A stretch of 64,000 nucleotides of DNA from Octopus vulgaris (GCA_951406725.2 OX597818.1:54746001-54810000), one strand, 5' to 3'. Shown: positions 14,260 through 27,612, counted from the stretch's first letter. Numbers and translations: made by a program. The notes: generated from the sequence alone by a model not told the origin.

Positions 14260-14877
14260 AATTAATGTCAAGCGGTGACGAAACCGCTGATTCCAGAGCC
14301 GCTATATGCGGCTCTTGAGAAAATACTGAGTTTCACTTCAGTAATCTTAAAGTTGTTATATAAAGAAAAAGATTCTTAAATTAATATCTACAAAAATTTA
14401 CGATTCAGGAAATGTCTTCGGTAAACACAGATTAATCAATATATAATTTTATAAGAAAAATTAAGTTTTTTTAATTTATAAATGTGATTTAAAAAAAAAT
14501 TATATGCAGCGATGTAAGTATTTGAAATACTTTTATATACGTAGATCAGCACGTTTGTGCGTGTGTGCATGTGAACTCGCGCGTGTATATAAATATATAT
14601 ATATGCTCACACACACACACACACACATAATCTAGGGTCGTGATAGGTTATGAAGATAGGATATTTCTAATGAAACACTTAGCCTGAGGTAAGGTGTGGG
14701 CTATCAACACACTCGGATTCCAGAGTAATTCCGAAATTCTGCAGGTACACAAAATCGTCGATTCACTGTTGTGTAGGTGTGGCGAAGGGCAAAACGTACA
14801 CTGACACCCGCCCCCCACACACACACATGCATATATATATATATCAATAAATGTAATTTTAAAAATGCAACTGATGA

Positions 14878-14965
<88 letters not shown>

Positions 14966-15000
14966 ATTCAAACGTGAATGCTTATATATAAATACATGTG

Positions 15001-15046
<46 letters not shown>

Positions 15047-15049
15047 TAT

Positions 15050-15089
<40 letters not shown>

Positions 15090-15100
15090 ACTCACACACT

Positions 15101-15163
<63 letters not shown>

Positions 15164-15261
15164 CATTGGTGGTCTATATATATATGCTAGACCATTGGTG
15201 TGAAATCGATGTTAATTAAATTAATATCTAATTTCTCACCTCATTTTAAATATATATATAT

Positions 15262-15383
15262 ATATACAGCCATATCAGGTAGAAAGCACCTGTTCTCGTC
15301 CGATGAGCAAAGTTAAGTAACGTCACGCCTAGTGAGTACTCAGAAGGGTCACCGCTTAGGGAACCTAGGTGCTGTAAGCGTTT
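15262..15383 (+). pseudogene. 5S rRNA-like pseudogene or SINE3 head
   Basis: GCCATATCA..TTCTCGTCCGAT..AAGTTAAG..AGTACT..GGGTCACCGC..GGTGCTGTAAGC aligns over ~120 nt with metazoan 5S rRNA; many substitutions. Confidence 0.85.
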
Positions 15384-15504
15384 CAGAGTTTTTGTTATGG
15401 TTGTGCTACTGCATGACCGTAGCAACCTGCCTGAATCACATAAGAGAACAAAAGAATATATACATATATAAATGTATGTATTTATATTTATATATAATTA
15501 AAAT

Positions 15505-15790
15505 TAAATAAGGGTAGAAATTGATATTAATCAATTAAAACCAGTGGCCAAGCATATTTAAAAAAAATAAGATGATTAAAAATTTTTTTATATAAAAAAA
15601 TTTAGAGGATTGACCACTAAAAAATTAGACAGACTATATGCTAGATATAGACGTCAAAATCGCCATTTTCCACGAAGAATGTGTTCTCAAGAAAAATTCA
15701 GCAAGAAAAAATTCAGCACTCACGATTTTGACGTCTATATCTAGCATATAGGCTGTCCATTTTTTAGTGGGCAGCCCCCTAAATTTTGTA
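15505..15790. mobile_element. TA-embedded repeat with inverted arms (15600-15662/15723-15786)
   Basis: Related blocks at 15160-15250, 22520-22590 and 61620-61850 (ATGCTAGACCACTGG; GTTCTCAAGAAAATTCAGCA). Confidence 0.65.
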
Positions 15791-15794
15791 CATT

Positions 15795-15843
<49 letters not shown>

Positions 15844-15863
15844 TATACATATATAAATATATG

Positions 15864-15947
<84 letters not shown>

Positions 15948-16018
15948 TATCAATATATATATACTTATATATATATATATATATATATCAATATATATAT
16001 ACATATGTATGTATGTGA

Positions 16019-16086
<68 letters not shown>

Positions 16087-16108
16087 ATATATATATATAT
16101 ATACGTTC

Positions 16109-16175
<67 letters not shown>

Positions 16176-16374
16176 TAGATATAGATATATATAAATTCAC
16201 ACAGCTTCACGCACATATAATGTAAAGTCCTGGTAGTGTATGAAAATAGGTTCATTCTAATGAAACACTCAAGGGTATGAACATTGTCGGATTCCGAAAT
16301 TCTTCAGGTGTAGAAGATCTTGATTACCAGACGGCGAAACCGTTCTGTGGGTGTAGCGAAGAGAAACACACACA

Positions 16375-16457
<83 letters not shown>

Positions 16458-16565
16458 TAATAAATGTAATTAAAACATGCATCTTTATGTATATATATAA
16501 TTATTTTAACATGCATACTTATATATAGATGCATATATGTGTTGATATATATAAATATACATATA

Positions 16566-16648
<83 letters not shown>

Positions 16649-16765
16649 AAATTGTAATATATATATATATTTATATATGTATATATATATATATATATAT
16701 AGATGTATATAAAAGCGTGTATGTGTGTTTGTGTGTTTATCTATAACTATCTATCTATCTATCTG

Positions 16766-16813
<48 letters not shown>

Positions 16814-17058
16814 TGTGTGTGTGTGTGTATTATAAAGATATATATTAGAATATCAATATACATGCACATATGTGTGTGTAAATAAATATATGAAAATGAT
16901 AGCATATATAAACACACGCACACACACTCATATATCTATAGATATATATATATATACACACATATATACATCTGCATTCATACATATTTACCGTCATATA
17001 TACATATATGTATGTATGTATGTCTATATATACATATTTATACATATATATATGTATG

Positions 17059-17128
<70 letters not shown>

Positions 17129-17130
17129 TG

Positions 17131-17180
<50 letters not shown>

Positions 17181-17274
17181 GTGGCGTCATTTGAAGACTA
17201 AAAACAATGCGAAGCGCATTGTGACCAGCGATGTGTAGTAACTTCTGACAGCCTGGTCGGTCACGGTGATCACT

Positions 17275-17317
<43 letters not shown>

Positions 17318-17850
17318 TTTTACTTGTTTCAGTCATTTGACTGTCGCCATCCTGGAGCACCGCCTTTAGTCGAGCAAATCGACCCAAGACTTATTCATTG
17401 GAGCCTGCAAAAGGGCTGGCACGGGAACGCCAGGGCTGGAGAGTACCGGTGGAACTGGTCGGCTCTATGCACAATGACGTCTCTGGAGCCACCAACCTGG
17501 GATGAACCCACCCATACCATGCAAGGGCATGAAGCAAGAATCAGTGAGTCAATATTACGAATCAGTTGTGTGATTCCAAAGGATTTGAAAACAAGAAGTA
17601 TTCTTCAATCTCCCTAGCTATATCACCATCCGTGAAACTTTCTATCGACTTGTCTTCAGGCTTAGTTGAGTGTCTGTATTGATCTACAATACCTACAAAA
17701 TCCCATCTCAAAAGAGTTTACATTAATGTTCCTTACTGTCCCTCTCCCCTCCTCTCTCCCTTTCTCTCTGTCTCCTAAAGTTCTTTTTAGATGTATCTAA
17801 AATCTATTGGCATGAAGAGTCTTCATTTCATATTTTCGGAATTATCTGAT

Positions 17851-18628
17851 GATGGCAGAAACGTTAGCACGCCGGACGAAATGCTTAGCGGTATTTCGTC
17901 TGCCGTTACGTTCTGAGTTCATATTCCGCCGAGGTCGACTTTGCCTTTCATCCTTTCGAGGTCGATTAAACAAGTACCAGTTACGCACTGGAGTCAATAT
18001 AATCGACTTAATCCGTTTGTCTGTCCTTGTTTGCCCCCTCTATGTTTAGCCCCTTGTGGGTAGTAAAGAAATAGGTATTTCGTCTGCCGTTACGTTCTGA
18101 GTTCAAATTCCGCAGAGGTTAACTTTGCCTTTCATCCTTTCGTGGTCGATAAAATTAAGTACCAGCTACGCACTGGGGTCGATATAATCAACTTAATCCC
18201 TTTGTCTGTCCTTCTTTGTCCTCTCTGTGTTTAGTTCCTTGTGGGTAATAAAGAAATAGGTATTTCATCTACCGTTACGTTCTGAGTTCAAATTCTGCAG
18301 CGGTTGACTTTGCCTTTCATCCTTTCGGGGTCGATAAATTAAGTACCAATTACGCACTGGGATCGATGTAATCGACTTAATCCCTTTGTCTGTCCTTGTT
18401 TGCCCCCTCTGTGTGTAGCCCCTTGTGGGTAGTAAAGAAATAAGTATTTCGTCTGCCGTTACGTTCTGAGTTTAAATTCCGCAGAGGTTAACTTTGCCTT
18501 TCATCCTTTCGTGGTCGATAAAATTAAGTACCAGCTACGCACTGGGGTCGATATAATCAACTTAATCCCTTTGTCTATCCTTGTTTGCCTCCTCTGTGTG
18601 TAGCCCCTTGTGGGCAGTAAAGAAATAG
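17851..18628 (+). mobile_element. SINE-M head-to-tail tetramer
   Basis: One headed unit plus three ~185-bp units; junctions GAAATA(G/A)GTATTTC at ~18074, 18259, 18443. Confidence 0.9.
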
Positions 18629-19281
18629 GAAACTATTAAAAACTGGCTTTGTGTGATAAATTATTGACTCAGTAGCATGTGATACGGATTACTTTAGAAA
18701 TGTTCTAATTAATGATAAAGCTACCTTTCATACCGAGGGCACTGTCAACAATTTTAATAGGCGAGGTAGATTTAGACCTCACTTTAGGTCACTAACAAAC
18801 TATCATCTCATCCCCTTGGATTTCCTCTTTGGGCCCGATAAGTTCTAAAGAACAACACACATTATGACAAGTTCTAAAGAATAAAATGATAACTTCTAAA
18901 GAACAACGCACACACGTAAAGCATTTTAAGTAAGAAATGATTAAATTTGAATTACAGTATTCGATATCAGTAGTTGAAAAAATTGAAATCGATATCGCTC
19001 ATGTATTGAATATGGTAGTGGACATTTTAAATCCCAAACAATCTGTAGAGAATCACATTAACTGTTCATTGAAACAAATCATTCATTATTTTCTTTTTCC
19101 TTTGGTACATATGTTCAAAGTTGGATTAAACAGTTTTAGAGTGTTTAAGGGTTATAAACTCATGCACACACACACAAACAAACACACACACACACAAACA
19201 CAAACACATACACACACAAACATACACACATACACACACACAAAACACACACACACACACAAACAAACACGCACATACGCT

Positions 19282-19336
<55 letters not shown>

Positions 19337-19580
19337 GTTATGTAGTTCACAAATGAGATCTAGATATTCTCTGTTTATACAGCACTGCGTAGTGCTAAAA
19401 AAATTCAAACTTAGACCTCGATGTCTTTACAGGGGACCATTCCACTAGGTAAAGAAAGGCTATAAGTTGGGTAAAGAAAGGGATTAGATTGAGCGGGTAT
19501 GGAAGCAATCTTTAGGAGAAGCAAATTCGACACATCAAATATTATATATATATATATAATTGTCATATCGGTTCAATTTT

Positions 19581-19632
19581 AACAAACTGTCCGACGAACG
19601 GGGACGTGAAACTCCAAGTAACAGGTTTTGTT
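19581..19632 (+). ncRNA. Type I hammerhead ribozyme motif, CCGACGA core variant
   Basis: aacaaactgt-CCGACGA-acg(ggga)cgt-GAAA-ctccaag-TA-acaggttttgtt; second copy of the 9233 family. Confidence 0.75.
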
Positions 19633-19726
19633 GAATTTCTGCTGATTTTAAATAAAGCATATTATTCTACCCCTGGTATTTGAGTACTCTTTTTTCAACT
19701 TTGTTTCACGTTTATTTGTTTACTCC

Positions 19727-19878
<152 letters not shown>

Positions 19879-19909
19879 GTGTATATATATGTACGTATAT
19901 ATGTATATA

Positions 19910-19960
<51 letters not shown>

Positions 19961-20381
19961 GAAGAGAGAGAGAGAGAGTATTATAGTTTACATGAAGCAT
20001 TGTCTGATATACATAAATGTATTTATTATTTTTAAGCCAAAACGATGAAAGTTATAAATAATACAAGTCGATAGTTTGTGCTTTATTCTTGTATTTCAAT
20101 AATTTGGGTTTCGGGCTCTTATTCAGGAAATCATCCGAGATATCGTGTTCTGAACTTAGCTCTCCCTTAATTATATCGATTTGTATCATTTCTTATTACT
20201 CACATTCTTCCGTTTTAAAAATTCAAATACATTTATATGTAAGTATGTGTGCATGTATATATTTATGTATAAGTATGTATATGTATGTATGTGTATTTAC
20301 ACGCATACGTATATACGTATACATATATTTAGTTATATTATATACATACACACACATTTAAATGCATCTCTCTCTCTCTCT

Positions 20382-20434
<53 letters not shown>

Positions 20435-20520
20435 CACACATATATATATACATATTGACGCAAATATATATATATTTTTTAACATTTAAGCCTTCTGTAG
20501 TTTTTTCACTTTTTACGATT

Positions 20521-20626
<106 letters not shown>

Positions 20627-20635
20627 ACACATATA

Positions 20636-21345
20636 CAGGGTGCGTAAGATATCTGAGGACAGATTTATGTTTCTAAAAAAGAAAACAGATATGTAATGAC
20701 AGATAATAACTTTATTTATCAAAAAATGCTATAGGATTAAAATAAACCTTTTCTATAATGTTATTCAATAAAGCCATCTTCAGCTTCAACAACCGATTCT
20801 ATACGAGATCGAAATCATCTAAATGGTCCTGGTTCATTTTGGACATTACTCTCACTATGGCAGCTTTCAAAGAATCTTCGGTGTTATGGGTGTATTCATT
20901 GACCCCTCCCTCAACAACGCTCCACATGTAATAGTCCAAAGGATTGAGATCTGGGGAAGTAAGAGGCCAAAAGTTAGGGTTTATATGATCATGAAAATTT
21001 TCAGCCATTCATTCCTGTGTTACTAGAGTCATGTGTCATAATGCAGAGTCTTACTGAAACACATATGGCCTCCCATTGCATACACCCTCAAACAAGGGCT
21101 TAACAATTATTTCCAGGAGCACAATGTAAGCGGCAGAGTTAATTCTACAGAGTTAATTCTACAGCCTTGTAGAAAGAAGTAAGGAGGCATCGCATTGCTG
21201 ACAACCCCTAAAACTACGTCAGTTGCGGGAAATTTTGTACGCATAACACTTGGAACTTCAGAAGGGTCTGCACATAACCATCTGTCATTTCTTCTGTTAA
21301 CTTTTTTATCGTTGTCAAAATTCTTCTTGTTTGAAGAAGCTGATG
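20636..21345 (-). mobile_element. Decayed Tc1/mariner maT-type transposon
   Basis: TA-CAGGGTG terminus; peptides WPLTSPDLNPLDYYMWSVVE, RWLCADPSEVPSVMRTKFPA, FSNKKNF; frameshifted. Confidence 0.85.
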
Positions 21346-21501
21346 GTTTGCCATTATTATTTTCTGAAACAAAGATTATATAGTTAGCAAAAAATGCAGC
21401 AATGACCCCAAAAATCTATATCTTCAAATACTTTACGCACGAAGACGGGTGTGTAAACAACAAACAAATATATTGGTTTAACGGTCGGGTAGTGAGAAAG
21501 T

Positions 21502-21537
21502 CTTTTACGTTTCGAGCCTACGCTCTTCGACAGAAAG
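21502..21537 (-). ncRNA. Minimal hammerhead-like motif, CUGUNGA variant
   Basis: Minus strand: cttt-CTGTCGA-a-gagc(gtag)gctc-GAAA-cg-TA-aaag. Confidence 0.6.
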
Positions 21538-21553
21538 AAAAGTTATATATATA

Positions 21554-21911
21554 TCTTTATATATAAAAGTCAAGTTGTGTGTCTGTCTCCTACGATTTAG
21601 ATTCCTAACTACTCCCACATTTTGCGGTGCAGTTTAACCAAAACCACCGGGTATCTTATAGTCGTGATTCATATCGAGCCCTTCTGGGTATTAGCGCGCG
21701 TCTACGATGAGTCTACGATTTTTTCGCTATTATATAAAGGAAGTAACTCTCTAAAAGTGTCTACGATGAGTCAACGATTTAAAAAAAAATTTACCATAAT
21801 TTTTTTTCCATTTTTAATGCATTTTTTGCTAATTTTTGGCTATAACTCTCTAAAAATGCTTATATAGTTATTTCCCTTACAAACCCGAGCAACGCCGGGC
21901 GATACTGCTAG
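21554..21911 (+). mobile_element. Non-autonomous Helitron
   Basis: A|TC start, subterminal hairpin CCCGAGCAACGCCGGG, CTAG|T end, no TSD. Confidence 0.9.
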
Positions 21912-22029
21912 TATATATATAAAGTTAATCCAAACAAGAAAGCACAAAAAAAAAACACAACAAAAAAACATATCACTATGTCATCTCGTTATGAACATCT
22001 TACACTACGTTACATACTAATGCGCCGTG

Positions 22030-22229
22030 AGTCTGAGTTTGTCTCTCCACCATCGCTTGACAACCGATGTTGGTGTGATTGCGTCCCCGTAACTTAGTGG
22101 TTCGGCAAAAGAGCCGATAGAATAAGTATTAGGCTCACAAAGAATTAGTTCTGGGGTCGATTTGCTCTATCAAAGGCGGTGCTCCAGCATGGCCACAGTC
22201 AAATGTCTGACACAAGTAAAAGAGTAAAA

Positions 22230-22232
<3 letters not shown>
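22030..22232 (+). mobile_element. SINE-B 3' half
   Basis: Family match. Confidence 0.85.
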
Positions 22233-22286
<54 letters not shown>

Positions 22287-22294
<8 letters not shown>

Positions 22295-22494
22295 ATGTTA
22301 CATTACTCGGTAGTCAAGATAAAACTCTGAGTTTCAGATGCCGAAGTGGAAATCCACAAATCCACTTCGGCATCTGAAACTCAGAGTTTTATCTTGACTA
22401 CCGAGTAATGTAACATATTGTATAGATAAATTTCCTCTATTTACATAATATTGAGGTCTCTTTCTTTCTTTTGTTATCTTACCGTTTTATCAAT
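22287..22494 (+). mobile_element. Fold-back element with half hammerhead
   Basis: Perfect 64-bp inverted arms 22287-22350/22361-22424 containing GAAACTCAGAGTT; lies in (TA)n. Confidence 0.85.
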
Positions 22495-22846
22495 ATATAT
22501 ATATATATATATATTTAAGAATTGAGGGAGATAAATTAATATTAATTTTAATATCAATTTAAAACCAGTAGTCCAGCATTCAAAAAATCTGAGGAGTGTA
22601 TATGGATTCATATATATATATATACACATACAAATATATATACAAATATATGAATGTAAGACAGAGTGAAAAAGAGTCTGAGAGGGCGAAAGAGAGAGAG
22701 TGTGTGTGTGAGCTGGCGAGAAACGGAGAGCAGAAGTGATTTCAGAAAGTAGAGGAATTAGATGAAGTAGAAATCATAAACGATGGAGGTGAGGAATTAA
22801 TGAATGGAAATAATGATTAATTCTTTTTATTTATTTATTGATTATA

Positions 22847-22882
<36 letters not shown>

Positions 22883-23004
22883 CGTCGTTTACTTTTTGCT
22901 ACGTTTTTGCTAGTTTTTTTTTTTCATTTGTTTTTTTTTTTTGCTTAACGGAAACTGTCCGAATCCAGAAATGTCTAGAGTGTGGGAAAGTGGTTGTAAT
23001 GACT

Positions 23005-23022
23005 GCTGTTGTGTATGTGTCA

Positions 23023-23069
<47 letters not shown>

Positions 23070-23910
23070 TGTGTGCGTGTGTGCACGAGTGTAGTATGCG
23101 TGTGCGTGTATGTGTGTGTACGTGTGAGTGTGTGTGTGTGTGCGTGTGTTGTATGCGTTTGCGTGTATGTGTGTGTATGTGTGTGTGTGCGCGCGTGTAG
23201 TATGCGTGTGCGTGTATGTGTGTGTACGTGTGAGTGTGTGTGTGTGCGCGTGTTGTATGCGTTTGCGTGTATGTGTGTGTATGTGTGTGTGTGCGCGCGT
23301 GTAGTATGCGTTTGCGTGTATGTGTGTGTATGTGTGTGTGTGCGCGCGCGTGTAGTATGCATTTGCGTGTATGTGTGCGTATGTGTGTGTGTGTGTGCGT
23401 GTGTGTATGTGCGTGTTAATATGCGTGTCTATATCTGAAGTTGTGAGTGCGTGTGTGTGCGTGCGTGTGTGTGTGTGTGTGTGTGCGTGCGTGTGTGTGT
23501 GTGTGCGTGTGTGTGTGCCTGTGTGTCTCTGTGTATGAGTATATGCGTGTGCGTGTGTTAGCATGTGTGTCTATGTCTGAAATTGTGTGTGTGTACGCGC
23601 GCGCACGTGTGTGTGCTCGTGTGTCTATGTGTATAAGTGTATGCGTGTGCGTGTATGTGCGTGTGTGTGTGTGCGTATGATTGCGAGATTTTGAATGTAT
23701 CTGTATGTGTATTAATGTGCCTGCGTATGATTTTGTGTTCGTGTGTCTGCGAATGTGTATGCGTGCGTGCGTGTGTGTGTGTTTGTGTATTCGTGTGTGT
23801 GAATGTATGTGTTTGAACGTGTTTCTATGTGTATGAGTATGCGTGTTTTTGCACAAGCCTATATTTTCATTTGTCTCTTATAGTCATTCATGCAAGTGAC
23901 AGTAGTAGTT

Positions 23911-23975
<65 letters not shown>
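23005..23975. repeat. (TG)-rich minisatellite followed by (GTA)n
   Basis: Direct reading. Confidence 0.9.
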
Positions 23976-23976
<1 letters not shown>

Positions 23977-24202
23977 ATAGCGATAATGTGGTAGGGTTAT
24001 GAAGTAAGCAGAAATGCTGGCACACCCGCCGATGTTCGACTTTGCCTTTCATCGTTTCGGGGTCGATAAATTAAGTACCAGTTACGTATTGGGGGTCGAT
24101 CTAATCGACTGCCCCACCACCACCCCAAAAATTTCGGACTTTTTGCCTACAGTACAAAATAAATGTTGGAACACGTGATTAAATATCTTAAAGCACCGAA
24201 TA

Positions 24203-24437
24203 AGGCGGTGAGCTGGCAGAAACGTTAGCGCGCCGGGCGAAATGCTTAGCAGCGGTATTTCGTCTGCCGTTACGTTCTGAGTTCAAATTCCGCCGTAGGT
24301 CGACTTTGCCTTTCATCTCTTCGGGGTCGATAAATTAAGTACCAGTTACGTACTGGGGTCGATGTTATCGAATTAATCCCTTTGTCTGTCCTTGTCTGTC
24401 CCCTCGGTGTTTAGCTCCTTGTGGGCAATAAAGAAAT
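24203..24437 (+). mobile_element. Full-length SINE-M
   Basis: Family match; TSD ATATCTTAAAGCACCG. Confidence 0.9.
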
Positions 24438-24556
24438 ATATCTTAAAGCACCGGCTGTTGTCATTGCAAGTTTAGGTTCGAAACTCACAGAGAGCATTCT
24501 CCATATTTGCTTTCCGTTTTTTTTTTCGTGCCACAAAAGACAATGTTCAGGGTCCC

Positions 24557-25030
24557 AGAATTCGCACGAAAATTTGTATTTTCCAATCGCTCATCCTTCT
24601 CTATGGGTGCGAATCCTGGTCCGTAAGAGCTGAATATCTCCGAAAAATCGAAGTCTTTGACCGCTACTGTCTACTTCAAATACTACGTGTTCACCTATTG
24701 GACATTATTTCGAACCCCAAAATACGACACCGGTGCTGCAAAGACTTTCTGCAATAAGCTCTACTCACAAGACATCTAAGGTGGCTTGGCCATACTCTTC
24801 ATCAGCCTCCGGGGAAATTCATTCGCAAGGCGGTCTACCCGGCTCCCTCCAAAGCTGGCACAAACGAGCTGATGGGCAAATAAAGATGTGGCTGGCGACG
24901 GTAAAGGCGGACGTGGAAACATAATCGGGCCCCTGCGTCTATGGTCTTCAGCAATGTAACCGGTGGTAACGGGTATTCATTACAATCTCGATTGTGGCCG
25001 ATCGTTCGATGTGGTCAGCATTCATGAGGA
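24557..25030 (+). mobile_element. RTE-clade LINE fragment (post-RT region), disrupted
   Basis: My translation: RIRTKICIFQSLILLYGCESW..IEVFDRYCLLQIL..LRWLGH..GQIKMWLATVKAD; stops and frameshifts. Confidence 0.85.
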
Positions 25031-25037
25031 ACGTTCC

Positions 25038-25121
25038 GCAGCTGAGGATTGTTCCGCATTTAAATTGATGTGATGATTGCATTGTTTAATTAAATGGAGT
25101 TGCAGGAAACGATCGTACTGC
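25038..25121 (+). ncRNA. Type I hammerhead ribozyme, canonical core, long stem II
   Basis: gcag-CTGAGGA-(57-nt imperfect hairpin)-GAAA-cgatcg-TA-ctgc; palindromic ACGATCGT. Confidence 0.7.
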
Positions 25122-25237
25122 ATTACCTCCAGATATACTTGTTGCTTATTTTGATTTTTAATCACTTTATTTTGAAATTGTATGGATAATACCGTACTAA
25201 ACTTTGGTGCCTCAACTTAAGTACGATATTCAGCTGA

Positions 25238-25311
<74 letters not shown>

Positions 25312-25359
25312 ATATATATATATATATTTATATATGTTTGGAAACCATCTAAGGGATAG

Positions 25360-25758
25360 ATGTATCCAGAGGCACTCCTGGTAATTACCTCAGTATGTAT
25401 GGTCTCCAATATTTGTAAAACTAAAAATGTAGTATACCAATGCGATGTAATCGCAAATAACCATAAGAAATCTTATATAGGAGCAACTAAAAACGAAATG
25501 ATACTTAAATATAATTCCCACCAATCTAGTTTCAGAAATGGAAGTAAAGCGAACTCTCCAGGACTTAATAGCTACATTTGGGAACTGAAAGATAAAAATA
25601 TCAACTATAGTTTAGAATGGCGTATCCTAACCAAAACTTCCTCGTATATCATTAACAATAAGCGCTGTGAATTCTGTATAAACGAAAAACCATTTAATTT
25701 AATGGCCAAATCAACTCTACTTAATAGGAGACATGAAAAATAAATTTGTTTCCATAAA
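25360..25758 (+). pseudogene. Penelope-like element GIY-YIG endonuclease remnant (Naiad-like)
   Basis: CKTKNVVY..SYIGAT..HQSSF..LNSYIWELK..WRIL..CEFCINEK..LLNRRHE*ICFH; motif order of PLE GIY-YIG with CxxC. Confidence 0.85.
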
Positions 25759-26467
25759 GGCTCATTCGTATTCCCAAAATATCGATAAACCCACTTTGCC
25801 CTTATATACCGCTATACCTTATTTAAATGCCATAGCGAACCTACTTAACTTCGTATTACCCCCCTTTAACCTTCCTACTTACCAATTAGTTTACACAACC
25901 CACATTATAATTAAATTAATTACTGAACTTTATACTTACGCTAGCTTACTATTTTCCTATATTTTACTATTTTCCTATAATTCAATTTATCTCGAGAGCT
26001 AGACTACCAACTCTTTTTACATGCGATAAATTTCCCCTTTTGAGCCTATTGTTTTTCTATGCACACTTCACACCTATACATTATTCCGCTACATAGTCCA
26101 TTTACACTCTATATCGTATAGATTCTAGATATAAACTTTACTCTTAAATTTCGGCTACCATTGAAAATATACTAACTAACTTACAACTTATAAATTAATG
26201 CCAAGTAGAACTACACCGGATATTTCCAATAGCGATAACTCCCAAGGATTACACCGACGGTCAACTAGCCGAACCCACGGCTGTTAATAACTAATTACGA
26301 GAACTTAGATTCAACTAACTCTCTTCTCATCTATCATACAACGGATTCACTGAACTTTGAACCTAACTAAAACATAAGACTATCAAATTATTGAACATTT
26401 TCTTCTTCCTGTTTTTTTCTTACACTTTCTTTTTCTCTGTTCCCTTTTGTTTATCTTTGCTTTTTTC

Positions 26468-26544
26468 GTTCTGATAATGTATATCAATTGCAACGAGGTA
26501 AATACATATTTACTCCAGCCTGATATACGGAAACAGATGTAAAC
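26468..26544 (+). ncRNA. Hammerhead motif of the PLE, G8 mutated
   Basis: gtt-CTGATAA-tgtatatca..tgatatacg-GAAA-cagatg-TA-aac. Confidence 0.65.
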
Positions 26545-27612
26545 TTACTCTATCATACTCTCATCTTAATTAATTAATTAAATAATGAATTTATAACACC
26601 AAAGATCCACATCTCATTGTTATTTATTTCTCCATTTTCATATATATATATATGTGTCATTCAATATGTGACCGCGTGTGTGTATCGTTGACGATTTTTT
26701 TCCTCCGTCTTCCCTTCCTTGGATCTTTCCGTGGTGAACTGGCGGGACCGTTAAACGTCCGGTAAAATGCTCAGCGGCAAATCGTGTCTTTACGTTCTAA
26801 GTTCAATTTCCGCCGAGGTCAACTTTGCCTTTCATCCTTTCCAGCTGATTACATGGGTCAATGTAATCGACTTACTTAGCCAACTTCCGCTTCGAACTTT
26901 CTGACTCTGTGCCAAAATTTGAAACCAATACGTCAGTTCTTATTAAGCAGGCTTTTAATAAAAGCTGTTCGAATCACGACCAATCCACCATGTTGTATAT
27001 TTAGAACTACTCTATTTTATGACTCCCTCACCATAAAAATTATTCCATCTCCATATTCTCTTTTATGAAAGAAATTAGAGTTTGCGTCCATATAATCCTT
27101 TCTTTTCCATCTTATTGAACGAATTAAAAATTTTGGAAACCAAAAGAATTTATTTAATGTAGCAATTTGCAACTTAGTGTTTTTTAAATCCTTAAATAAT
27201 CCTTATGGAAAACACGGATTAAGATAATTATCCCAGGTTATCCAAAGAGTGTTGAAGGTGACGCTTTTCTGGTTCATAAAATGGCATATGGCAATCATTT
27301 TGGTTTTTATCAATTCTGGCGCTTTCTTGAAATTTCATAGTAACTCTCAATTGTGATGTTGATTCTAGAGTAGTGGATACGAGAATCGGTAGAGCACTGA
27401 GGAAAATGCGTTGGGGCATCGAGTTACATCTCTTTAAGTTTGGAGTTAGCATTGTGGTGTGGTCAGCTTTGCTTTCCATTATTCAGGGTACGATAAAACA
27501 ATTAATACTGTGTGAGTGTGTATATACGTATGTATATGCATATACATTCACACTCACAAACACACACATATTCATGTATCGTATATGCAAATGTGTGTGT
27601 GTGTATATATAA

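Larger units (their letters stand above)
25330..26640 (+). mobile_element. 5'-truncated Penelope-like retroelement
   Basis: GIY-YIG remnant, ~900-bp 3' region with hammerhead, ends in (TA)n. Confidence 0.75.

Noticed and set aside
14270-14320. GAGCCGC..GCGGCTC palindrome like a hAT subterminal motif
   Set aside because: No TIR pair or 8-bp TSD found
14650-16370. CTAATGA..GAAA in two related segments (14650-14800, 16245-16365) as hammerheads
   Set aside because: G5 missing and no consistent stems; kept only as a diverged local repeat
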